The notes under the pieces were generated by a model, which made no database searches, was not told the origin of the DNA, and was given only the letters and a program-made list of their open reading frames with translations. DNA of 64,000 bases from an uncultured Gemmatimonadales bacterium (GTDB taxonomy: Bacteria; Gemmatimonadota; Gemmatimonadetes; Gemmatimonadales; GWC2-71-9): positions 288,001 through 352,000 of the forward strand of contig CAVSQW010000007.1 in NCBI GenBank assembly GCA_963730185.1, written 5' to 3'. Position 1 is the first letter of the stretch. The number at the start of each line of letters is the position of its first letter. Below are positions 1-9,549 of the stretch, piece after piece. The translations under genes were made by a program, and so were the position numbers.

Positions 1-1364
1 TCGTCGGGACCTCGGCGGTCCGGCGCGGCCTGCTTCCCGAGGGCGAGGGCGCCCGCCTGGTGGACGCGGTGCTCAGGGGCGAGTCGTTCACCGGGGTCGA
101 CTGCCGGCACCGCCGGCCCGACGGCACCGCACTCGATCTCCGGCTCGGGATGGCGCCCCTGATCGGCCCGGGGGGCCGCGGAGCCGGCCTGGTGGCGGTG
201 TACGAGGACATCACCCAGCGCCGGCGCCTCGAGGAACGGCTTCAGGACGTCCAGCGGCTCGACGCGATGGGGCGGGTCGCCGGCGGCGTGGCGCACGATT
301 TCAACAATCTCCTCTCGGTCATTCTGGTCGAGGTCGAGGCCGGGATGCAGGATCCCGGGCTGGTCGGGCCGTTCGACGAGATCCTGACCAGCATCAAGAA
401 CACCGCCGAACGCGGGGCAACCCTGACCCGGCAGCTCCTTTCCTTCGCCCGCCGGCAGCCCACCGAACCGACGGTCGAAGATCCCAATCGGATCGTCGAG
501 GAGGGCGAGCGGGTCCTGGCCCGGTTGGCCGGACCCGAGGTGGGGATCGCGATGGCGCTGGCCCGCGATCTCTGGCCGACCCGGATCGACCGGGGGCAGC
601 TGGAGCAGGTGCTCAGCAACCTGGTGGTCAATGCCCGCGACGCGATGCCCGCGGGCGGGCACATCACGATCACCACCGGCAACGTCGCGGTGGCCGAAGC
701 AGGCACGGTGGGTGACCTGGACCGGGGCGAATGGGTTCGTCTGTCGGTGGCCGACACCGGCACCGGGATTCCCGACGATGTCAGGGCCCGGGTCTTCGAA
801 CCGTTCTTCACCACCAAGGCCCGGGGATCGGGGACCGGGTTGGGCCTGGCGACCTGTTACGGCATCGTGGAGCGGTTCGGCGGGTCGCTCACGCTGGAGA
901 GCACGCTGGGGGAGGGGACCACCTTTCACGTCTTCCTGCCCCGGGCGGTCGAGCCCACCACCCCGCGCCCGGCCGTGCCGGACCCGGGCCCGGCGGGCGG
1001 GAGCGAAGCGATCCTGGTGGTGGACGACCAGACCGCGCTCCGGTCGATCGCCCGTGCCTTTCTGACCCAGCGGGGCTATGCGGTCCAGGTGGCCCGCGAT
1101 GGCGCGGAGGCCCTGGCCATGGCGGAGGCCATGAGTCCTCCGCCGGACCTCCTGTTCGCGGATCTCAACCTGCCGGACATGGACGCCCGGATCTTGGTCC
1201 GGCGGCTCCACCAGCGGCAGCCCGGCCTCCGGGTCCTGCTCACCTCCGGATCGATCGACCTCGGCGAGAGCGAGACCGGCCTCCCCTTTCTGCCCAAGCC
1301 CTACCGGCTGGACGACCTGGCCCGGCAGGTCCGGCTCCTCCTGGACCAGCCGGCCAAGCCGTAG
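1..1364 (+). CDS. Hybrid sensor histidine kinase/response regulator (PAS-HisKA-HATPase-REC), 5' end outside the window
   Basis: H-box [12 protein letters not shown]-box [14 protein letters not shown]-boxes DTGTGI and FFTTK..GTGLGLA, C-terminal receiver ILVVDD...LLFAD...PKPY. Confidence 0.92.
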   Translation, partial: VGTSAVRRGLLPEGEGARLVDAVLRGESFTGVDCRHRRPDGTALDLRLGMAPLIGPGGRGAGLVAVYEDITQRRRLEERLQDVQRLDAMGRVAGGVAHDFNNLLSVILVEVEAGMQDPGLVGPFDEILTSIKNTAERGATLTRQLLSFARRQPTEPTVEDPNRIVEEGERVLARLAGPEVGIAMALARDLWPTRIDRGQLEQVLSNLVVNARDAMPAGGHITITTGNVAVAEAGTVGDLDRGEWVRLSVADTGTGIPDDVRARVFEPFFTTKARGSGTGLGLATCYGIVERFGGSLTLESTLGEGTTFHVFLPRAVEPTTPRPAVPDPGPAGGSEAILVVDDQTALRSIARAFLTQRGYAVQVARDGAEALAMAEAMSPPPDLLFADLNLPDMDARILVRRLHQRQPGLRVLLTSGSIDLGESETGLPFLPKPYRLDDLARQVRLLLDQPAKP

Positions 1365-1429
1365 CGCGAGCGGCTGGCGATCGGCATCTTGTCGGGGTGA
1401 GGGGTACAGCCTTCGACGGAGGTTCGTCC

Positions 1430-2031
<602 letters not shown>

Positions 2032-2051
2032 TCAAGTACTACAACGACTTA

Positions 2052-2081
2052 GGGCCCCTTGGCGATGCGCCGGGGGCCTTT
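2052..2081 (+). terminator. Probable intrinsic terminator after tRNA-Lys
   Basis: GGGCCCCTTGGCG...CGCCGGGGGCCT hairpin followed by a short T run. Confidence 0.5.
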
Positions 2082-2116
2082 CGTCGACGCCGGCCAGACT
2101 GAGCCTCGGGCATCGG

Positions 2117-2374
2117 CAACCGCCTTACCGCAGAGGTCGCGGAGAGCGCGGAGGGGTCGATCGCTCGGCGGGGGTAGGGGTCGGACTGGGGTTGGAAACA
2201 ACTGGTTGACCACAGAGGGCACAGCGGGCACAGAGGACGGCCAACGAAAAGAAGGACACAGCTAGAACGACAACAACAACAACAACAACAACAACTACTA
2301 CTACTACTACTACGCGTATACCGACCGAGTATCGGACCTCTGCGCCCTCCGCGTCCTCTGCGGTAAGGCGGTTG
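2117..2374. repeat. Inverted-repeat-bounded element (MITE/REP-like) containing a trinucleotide microsatellite
   Basis: CAACCGCCTTACCGCAGAGGTCGCGGAGAGCGCGGAGG at 2117 and its near-perfect reverse complement ending at 2374; a third related copy ACCACAGAGGGCACAGCGGGCACAGAGG near 2209. Confidence 0.75.
2272..2313. repeat. Compound microsatellite (AAC)8(TAC)6
   Basis: Read directly from the sequence. Confidence 0.95.
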
Positions 2375-2550
2375 GGGAGCCTTGCGGCGAGCCGCCGCTC
2401 AGCCCTGACCCTGGGCCGCCCGCCGCGGCCCGGTCTGCCGTGCGCCGAGGTCGTCCTCACCGTGCGGGTCGCTGAATAGCCGGACGTCGAGCGGGGCCCC
2501 GCGCTTGGACCAACCGCCCGTGGCGGGGCCCCTAGGGTTGCGGGCCCCGG

Positions 2551-4682
2551 CTAGGGCATCAGCTGCTTGTCCAGATAGTCCGATTGGGCGTGGAAATACC
2601 TGAGCCACGAGCGGTGCAACAGCAAGTCGTGCACCTCATCCGGAATGACGATCAGCTCCGACGAGATCTTGTGCGAGCGGAGCTCCCGCATCAGCATCAC
2701 CGTCTGATCGAACGGCACATTGTGATCGTCGTCGGCCTGGATGACCAGCACCGGCGAGTGCCACTGGTCGATCGACGACAACGGCGACGACGCCCACGCG
2801 ATGCTGTCGGTCGCGGTTTGCACTCCTGCGCCGGCGTAGACCTTGAGCACCGCGCTCCACGAATGCACGCCGGCGTAGTCCACCCCGGTGGCGAAGGTGT
2901 TGGACGCCCGCGCCAGCGCCAGCGCCGTGAGGTACCCGCCGTAGCTCCCGCCCCAGACCCCCAGCCGCTTGGAGTCCACGTCGGGACGCCCGTTGAGATA
3001 GTTGGCGCCGCCCATCACGTCGTTGAACTCGCTCGCGCCGCCGGGGCCGAAGTTCGGCGGCGCCCGGAAGTCGAGGCCGTACCCGGTCCCGCCCCGATAG
3101 TTGACCGAGAGCACCACGTAGCCTCGGCTCGCGAAGTACTGATTCTCGGCGTACATGTAGGTGTAGGCGCCCATCGGGTTGGGGCCGAGGAGCATCTGGC
3201 GGTAGGGGCCGCCATGGAAGAAGAGCAACGCGGGATGCTTGGTGTTCTTCGACTCGCCTGGCGGCAGGAAGAGCTGGCCGTGGATCATCCGCCCGTCGGG
3301 AGACTGAAAGACCACCTGCTCCGGGGTGATGAACTGGGACCCGGGGTAGCGCGCGGGCAACGACTGCGGCGCCAGGTCTCGGGCGGCGCCGTATGGCGCC
3401 CCGGTCCGGGCCACCGTCACCGGGCGCATCGGCCGCTGGGCATCGGCGTGAATGAACGCGATCGACCGGCCGTCGCTGGCGTAGACCGGCAGGTCCGCGA
3501 TCGTCGGGCCGGTGGTGACGGCCTTCGGCGCGCCGCCGGCGACCGGCACCTCCCAGATGTGGCGGTGGTCGAGGTCGTCCTGGTTGGAGGAGTACACCAC
3601 GCTCCGGCGGTCCGGGCTCAGGTCGGCGCTGAAGACCTCGAAGTCGCCCGGCGTGAGCAGGGTGGGCGCCCCGCCGGCGGCCGGGATGCTGTAGAGATGG
3701 ACCCAACCGGTCCCCTCCCACGGAAAGACGATCCGGTCGTCGGCGCCCCAGAAGAAGGCCTGGTTGCCCTCGAGGCGGTAATAGAGGCTGCCGGCGCCCG
3801 GGTTCGCCTGCCAGAGCTGCCGGCCCTTGCCGGTGCGCGGCGTCGGCGATCCAGATCGACCACGGCTCGGCGGTCCGGGTCGAGGTGAACGGGCCCGGCG
3901 CCCCCGTGGGAATCGCGGATGAAGGCGACGTGGGCCCCGTCCGGCGACCAGATCGGACTCCCGTCCCGGTCGACGCTGGGCTCGAGCCAGGTCAGCGACT
4001 TCCGCCCGAGGTCGTAGACGCCGACCAGATTGTGGGTGCCGCGGAAGCTGGCGAACGCGATCCGCGAGCCGTCCGGCGACCACGCCAGTGATCCCACCCG
4101 TCCCAGATCGCGAACCACCGTCTGCGGCTTGCCGCTGCCGTCGACGGACGCGAGGAGCATCGACCGTCCCGCGGCATAAGCCAGCCGCTTCCCGTCGGGG
4201 GCCACCGCCGCCCCGCTGCCGTTGCCGATCAGCGTCGGTGCGGTGTCGGACAGGGCCATGGTCCAGAGCTGCTCGGGCTCCGTGCCGAGGGGCAGGCTCT
4301 CGGGGTTGGGCTCGCCGCCGCGCTCGAAGAAGACGCGCCCTCCGTCGGCGCTCCAGGTCGGGGTCCCGATCTCGATCCCGATGTCGCCCTGGAACCGCGT
4401 CAGCTGCCGGGAGGTGAAAGCCCCGCCGGCGCCCGGCTCGCCGATCCAGATGTTCCGGCTCCCCTCGGCGTCGAAGATCCAGGCGACCCTGCCGCCGGCG
4501 GGCGCGGCGGTGAGCCCACCCGGGAAGGGCGCGCTGAGCGCGTCGTCGATGGTGAATCCCCGGCTCTGGGCGATGGCCGGGCTGGGGATGGCGGCAGCAG
4601 TGAGCAGCGCGAGCAGTTCGGTCGCGCCGATTCCGCGCCTGGTCGACCGGCTGAAACGACGACGAGCGATGGCTGAGGGCAT
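2551..4682 (-). CDS. S9 family prolyl oligopeptidase/dipeptidyl aminopeptidase with PD40 propeller; two apparent single-base insertions (~3915, ~3837)
   Basis: N-part (ORF 3618-4682) has a signal peptide and WSPDG repeats. C-part (ORF 2551-4083) has HGGP, GxSYGG nucleophile, Asp (DDHNVP) and His (DEVH). The bridging third frame reads IPTGAPGPFTSTRTAEPWSIWIADAA. Confidence 0.88.
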
Positions 4683-4967
4683 GGCGGTATGGGGGTGGGC
4701 GGTGTGTAGGGTGGCCGGATACTAAGCCATCGTGGAGCGGGCAGACAAGAGCGGTTGGAGTTGCCCCGCCGTCGTGGACACCTCACTCTTTGGGCAGGAG
4801 GCGTCCCGATGCCGCAGAAACCGAGCGGGAAACCGCGGGTCCAGCACCGGAGTGTCGCCACCAGCCGATCGAGCTGGCGCGGGCGGGGGCGGCCCTGGTA
4901 CTGAGACGATCTTCACCCCCATCACCAGTGTGGCAGGTAAGGCATCTGCCGGAAGGGAATACCGAGG

Positions 4968-5585
4968 ATGAGAAGGCTCAGGGTCATGGAGCATATTTCG
5001 CTGGACGGGGTAATCCAGCCGGGCGGGCCGAACGAAGACAGCGAGTACGCCCATGGTGGCTGGGCGGTGCCGTATCGAACGGCGGAGGGGGTGGCGACCT
5101 TCGCCGAGACACTGGGCAAAGGCTTCGATCTGTTGCTGGGACGGCGCACCTACGATCTCTGGGCCGGCTTCTGGCCCAACGTCAAGGGCGGTCCGTTCGC
5201 GGCCGACCTGAACGCCGCGACGAAATTTGTCGCGACCCACCGGCCGGGCGATCTCGGCTGGGGTCCGGTCGGGGATCTTGGCGCCGACGTCATGGCGGGT
5301 ATCCGCCGCGTCAAGTCACAGGACGGCCCCGACTTGCTCGTCTGCGGAAGTGCGTCGCTGACCTCGGTGTTGTTCGAGCAGGGCTTGGTCGATGAGGTTG
5401 TGCTGGCGGTCTATCCGCTCCTGCTGGGCCGTGGCAAACGCTGCTTTCCGGACAACGCCGACATCCGAAAATTCGCTCTCGCCAGTTCGAAGGCGACACC
5501 CACAGGCGTGCTCCTCAACATCTATCGGCACCTCCCGATCGGGCTCACCCTCAAGGCGCACGCTGGACCGGTGGGAGCCGAATGA
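4968..5585 (+). CDS. Dihydrofolate reductase family (RibD C-terminal) protein
   Basis: ISLDGVIQ.PG, LLLGRRTY, GSASL, GLVDE..L.V.P.LLG.GKR motifs. Confidence 0.9.
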   Translation: MRRLRVMEHISLDGVIQPGGPNEDSEYAHGGWAVPYRTAEGVATFAETLGKGFDLLLGRRTYDLWAGFWPNVKGGPFAADLNAATKFVATHRPGDLGWGPVGDLGADVMAGIRRVKSQDGPDLLVCGSASLTSVLFEQGLVDEVVLAVYPLLLGRGKRCFPDNADIRKFALASSKATPTGVLLNIYRHLPIGLTLKAHAGPVGAE

Positions 5586-5704
5586 ACCCACTGCCGGCCA
5601 GCCGGCGCTTCATTCCGGCCGTCCCGCCTGACCTTGGCGACCCTCGAGCGGGTCAGCTGGTTCAACCCGCAGCCGTTGCCGGAGCCACCGGGGTACCTTC
5701 CCCC

Positions 5705-5845
5705 AGTCTTCCATGGCGCGCCACTCGCCATACCCGTCGCCAGTGTCCCGTCATAGCCGTTTCGTTGAATCCGCAGCTTCGTGGTGACGAACAGCTCCTC
5801 CCGGGCGACGCCGCTACGCCGGATCCCGCGACCGACGGTGGCACC
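5705..5845 (-). pseudogene. Aldo/keto reductase (2,5-DKG reductase-like) remnant with internal deletion
   Basis: Minus strand translates VGRGIRRSGVAREELFVTTKLRIQRNGYDGTL, then in another frame GDGYGEWRAMED; these AKR blocks are normally ~25 aa apart. Confidence 0.7.
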
Positions 5846-6159
5846 GCCGGTCTCCGAGTCGGCCTAACCGGTATGGACCGACGCGCGCGGGTGCCCAGCA
5901 GCCGATCCCGAACGATCATCGGCTCGCGCTTCCGACGCCGCTACTGCTGCAATGGATCGCCCCGTCCCGGCCCGTCGGAACCACCGGTCGGCGGGGCGAG
6001 TCGCCCCGGCCCGAGACCGTGACCCGGCGCACCTCGCACCCCGAGAACACCGGTCCGACAGGCCTCCTCACCCCTGCCGGGAAGAGTCGACCGGATGTCC
6101 CCTTCCCATCGCTGGACTGAGCGGTATCATCAGGCGTCCCTCTGACCACTCAGGAACCC

Positions 6160-8223
6160 ATGCTACGCCCCACCCTCGGGCGCGCCATCCTCATGGTCGC
6201 CATCGTCCTCGCTGGCGCCTGCGCCACCGGCCGGCCCCTCGACGACGCCGCCCTCCGCGCCGCCGACGCCGACTCGACCGAGTGGCTCAGCTACGGCCGG
6301 ACCTACGCCGAGCAGCGCTATAGTCCGCTCCACCAGATCGACGAGCGGAGCGCCGCCCGGCTCGGGCTGGCCTGGTCGCTCGACCTGGGCACCACCCGGG
6401 GACTCGAAGCGACCTCGCTCTTTCACGACGGCGTCCTCTATACCACCGGTCCCTGGAGCGTCGTCTACGCCATCAACGCCCGGACGGGTCAGGTCGTCTG
6501 GCACTACGACCCCGAGGTGCCCAAGGACCACGCCAAGTTCGCCTGCTGCGGCACGGTCAATCGCGGCGTGGCGCTCTATCGCGACCGGGTCTACGTCGCC
6601 ACGCTCGATGGGCGGCTCGTCGCGATCGATCGGGCGACGGGCCGACCCGCCTGGAGCGTCCAGACCACCCCGGCCGGCGGACCCTACGCCATCACCGGCG
6701 CGCCCCGGATCGCGGGCGGGCTGGTGGTGATCGGCAACGCCGGCTCCGAGTACGCCGCCCGTGGCTTCGTCGCCGCCTACGACGCCGTGACCGGCGGGCT
6801 CGCCTGGCGGACCTACATGGTGCCGGGCGATCCCTCCCAGCCGTTCGAGTCCAAGGCGATGGAGAAGGCCGCCGCGACCTGGTCGGGCGAGTGGTGGAAG
6901 GGCGGGGGAGGTGGGAGTCCCTGGGATCCGATCGTCTACGATCCGGCGCTCGACCTGGTCTACGTGGGTACCGGCAACGCCTCACCATGGTATTCGGAGC
7001 TCCGCGGCACGACCGTGGGCGACAATCTCTACGCCGCGTCGATCGTGGCCCTCCGGGCCAAGACCGGAGAGATCGCCTGGTACTACCAGACCACTCCGGG
7101 CGACAACTGGGACTACGATGCCACCCAGCCGATCCTGCTGGCCGATCTCGAGATCGACGGTCGGACCCGCCGGGTGCTGATGCAGGCGAACAAGAACGCC
7201 TTCTTCTACGTCATCGATCGCGAGACCGGCGCGCTGATCTCGGGCACGCCCTACGCCGCGATGAACTGGGCGACCGGCATCGATTCGAGCGGCCGGCCGA
7301 TCGTGGCACCGAGTGCCCGACCCAGCACCAGCGGCGCCCTGGTGATTCCCTCCGACCTGGGGGCCCACAACTGGCAGCCGATCTCCTTCAATCCCACCAC
7401 CGGGCTGGTCTACTTCGCGGTGACCGACGGGGCGGCCGCCCTCCACGTGGTCGACCCGTCCTTCCATCTCGACCCGAACGACCAGACGGTGGGGTACGAT
7501 CCGCGTTACGATGGTCCGCTCAATGCCAAACTGGCGGCGGCCAAGCCCGCCGGCCGGCTGGTGGCCTGGGACCCCGTGGCGAAGCGCGAGGCGTGGCGGG
7601 CCGAGCTGCCGGTTTCTCGGAGCGGCGGGACGCTGACGACCGCCGGCAATCTGGTGTTTCAGGGACGGGGCGATGGCCAATTCGTCGCCTACCGCGCCAG
7701 CGACGGCCAGCCGCTCTGGCACTTCGACGCCGGCGTGGGGATCGCGGCCGCACCCATGAGCTACTTCCTCGACGGCGTCCAATACGTGGCGGTGCTCGCG
7801 GCCCCGCCGCTCCTCTTCGTCGATCCCGCGATCAAAACCGGCCCGGGACGCCTGCTGGTCTTCAAGCTCGGCGGCACCGACTCGCTCCCGACGGTCACCC
7901 GACCCGACCTGCCGATCCCGGCTCCGACTGCCTCGGTCGCTGCCTCACCCTCCGAGATCACGGAGGGGAGCGGCCTCTATACTCTGTTCTGCGATCGGTG
8001 TCACAGTCCCGATCTCAACCTGGTGAAGAGCGGTGCAGTTCCCGATCTCAGGCGCTCGACCGCCGAGACCCACGGGCAGTTCGAGGCCATCGTGCGAGGC
8101 GGGATCCGGCGGGGGCTTGGCATGCCGTCGTTCGCGGATGATCTCACGAGCGATCAGGTCCGCTGGATCGAAGCGTACGTCCTCGACCGGGCCCGGCGGG
8201 CAGCGGCCGCTCCGAGCCAGTAG
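6160..8223 (+). CDS. Type II quinohemoprotein PQQ-dependent alcohol dehydrogenase (PQQ propeller + cytochrome c)
   Basis: Lipobox-like LAGAC, WLSYGR..QRYSPL.QI, vicinal CC (ACCGTVNRG), GTGN..PW, PGDNWDYD, GAHNWQP, C-terminal CDRCH heme motif and GMPSF. Confidence 0.93.
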   Translation: MLRPTLGRAILMVAIVLAGACATGRPLDDAALRAADADSTEWLSYGRTYAEQRYSPLHQIDERSAARLGLAWSLDLGTTRGLEATSLFHDGVLYTTGPWSVVYAINARTGQVVWHYDPEVPKDHAKFACCGTVNRGVALYRDRVYVATLDGRLVAIDRATGRPAWSVQTTPAGGPYAITGAPRIAGGLVVIGNAGSEYAARGFVAAYDAVTGGLAWRTYMVPGDPSQPFESKAMEKAAATWSGEWWKGGGGGSPWDPIVYDPALDLVYVGTGNASPWYSELRGTTVGDNLYAASIVALRAKTGEIAWYYQTTPGDNWDYDATQPILLADLEIDGRTRRVLMQANKNAFFYVIDRETGALISGTPYAAMNWATGIDSSGRPIVAPSARPSTSGALVIPSDLGAHNWQPISFNPTTGLVYFAVTDGAAALHVVDPSFHLDPNDQTVGYDPRYDGPLNAKLAAAKPAGRLVAWDPVAKREAWRAELPVSRSGGTLTTAGNLVFQGRGDGQFVAYRASDGQPLWHFDAGVGIAAAPMSYFLDGVQYVAVLAAPPLLFVDPAIKTGPGRLLVFKLGGTDSLPTVTRPDLPIPAPTASVAASPSEITEGSGLYTLFCDRCHSPDLNLVKSGAVPDLRRSTAETHGQFEAIVRGGIRRGLGMPSFADDLTSDQVRWIEAYVLDRARRAAAAPSQ

Positions 8224-8281
8224 CTCGGGCCGCCTTCCGGAGGTGAGGTCAGTAAAGTCGGCCGGATTCGTGGAGGGCCCC

Positions 8282-9511
8282 ATGAAACTCGATCGCAGAC
8301 GTTGGCTCGCCCTCTCCGGCGGGGTGTTGGCGTCCCTCCCTCTGGTTGGCCGATGGCGCCGAGGCGACCCGGATTCCCTCCGTCGCGAGATCGAGCGGCT
8401 CCTGGCGGAGACTGGCGGCCCCGGGATCTCGTGCGCCATCGTGGGCCCGGGGAAGGTGCTGTGGTCGGGCGGGTTCGGTCTGGCCGATCGCGAGGGCCGC
8501 CGGCCGATGCGGACCGACACCCTTCTCAACGTGGCCTCCGTCTCCAAGACGGTGACGGCCACCGCCGTGATGCAGCTCTGGGAGGCGGGCCGGTTCCGAC
8601 TTCAGGACGACGTTGGTCGGTTCCTGCCTTTTCCCCTCAGGAACCCCCGCCATCCCGACGTCCCGATCACCTTCGAGCAACTGCTCACCCACCGCTCCTC
8701 GATCGAGGACGGACCCGGGTACTTCGCGACCTACGCGTGCGGCGATCCGACCCTCTCGCTGGAGCGGTGGCTCCGCGCCTACCTGACGCCGGGCGGCGAG
8801 TACTGGGATCCGGAAGCGAACTGGCACGAATGGGCACCCGGCACCATCCACCCGCCGGCCGAGGCGACGGCCTACTCCAATGTCGGGTACGGGGTGCTGG
8901 GATACCTGGTCGAGATCCTGGCCGGCCGGCCGTTCCCGGAGTACTGCCGGGAGCGGATCTTCCAACCGTTAGGCATGACCGCCAGTGGGTGGCTGCTCCA
9001 CGACATCGACGTGGCCCGCCACGCCACGCCCTACACCCGGGTGCCGGCCAGCATGACCCCGGAGGACCGGCTGCTGCTCCGAGCGCTGGCGCCGCCGGGC
9101 GCCCGATCGGACTCGCTCGTGCCCGGCGTCCTCGTCCCCCGCTGCCTCTACAGCTTCGCCAACTATCCCGATGGCTCGCTCCGAACCAGCGCCGACGAGC
9201 TGGCCCGGTTCCTGGCGACGTATCTCGCCAAGGGGCGATTCGGCCGGACCCGTCTCCTTCGGGAAGAGACCATCGACACGATCTTCTCCCATGAGCATCT
9301 CGGACAACGCCTCTGCTGGCACGATTGGAAGCTGCCCGATACACGGATGCTGATCGGACACAGCGGCGGCGATCCGGGCGTGACCACGTACGTCGGGTTC
9401 GAGCCCACGTTCCAGGTGGGCGTGGTCTCACTCCGCAATTGGGAGCTCGGCGGCGAGGGCGCCGCCCGCCTGGCGACCCTGCTCCTGGATGCCGGCCTGG
9501 CCATGCGCTGA
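8282..9511 (+). CDS. Serine hydrolase, beta-lactamase/AmpC-like family, Tat-type signal
   Basis: MKLDRRRWL N-terminus; SVSK, LLTHRS, YSN.GY and GHSGG motifs. Confidence 0.88.
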   Translation: MKLDRRRWLALSGGVLASLPLVGRWRRGDPDSLRREIERLLAETGGPGISCAIVGPGKVLWSGGFGLADREGRRPMRTDTLLNVASVSKTVTATAVMQLWEAGRFRLQDDVGRFLPFPLRNPRHPDVPITFEQLLTHRSSIEDGPGYFATYACGDPTLSLERWLRAYLTPGGEYWDPEANWHEWAPGTIHPPAEATAYSNVGYGVLGYLVEILAGRPFPEYCRERIFQPLGMTASGWLLHDIDVARHATPYTRVPASMTPEDRLLLRALAPPGARSDSLVPGVLVPRCLYSFANYPDGSLRTSADELARFLATYLAKGRFGRTRLLREETIDTIFSHEHLGQRLCWHDWKLPDTRMLIGHSGGDPGVTTYVGFEPTFQVGVVSLRNWELGGEGAARLATLLLDAGLAMR

Positions 9512-9549
9512 ACGACGCGGGTGCCGCCCCGCGAGTCGCGCCGGCTTCG

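Noticed and set aside
2125..2460. 111-aa minus-strand ORF with a poly-Val run
   Set aside because: The poly-Val is just the translated (AAC)n(TAC)n microsatellite inside the inverted-repeat element.
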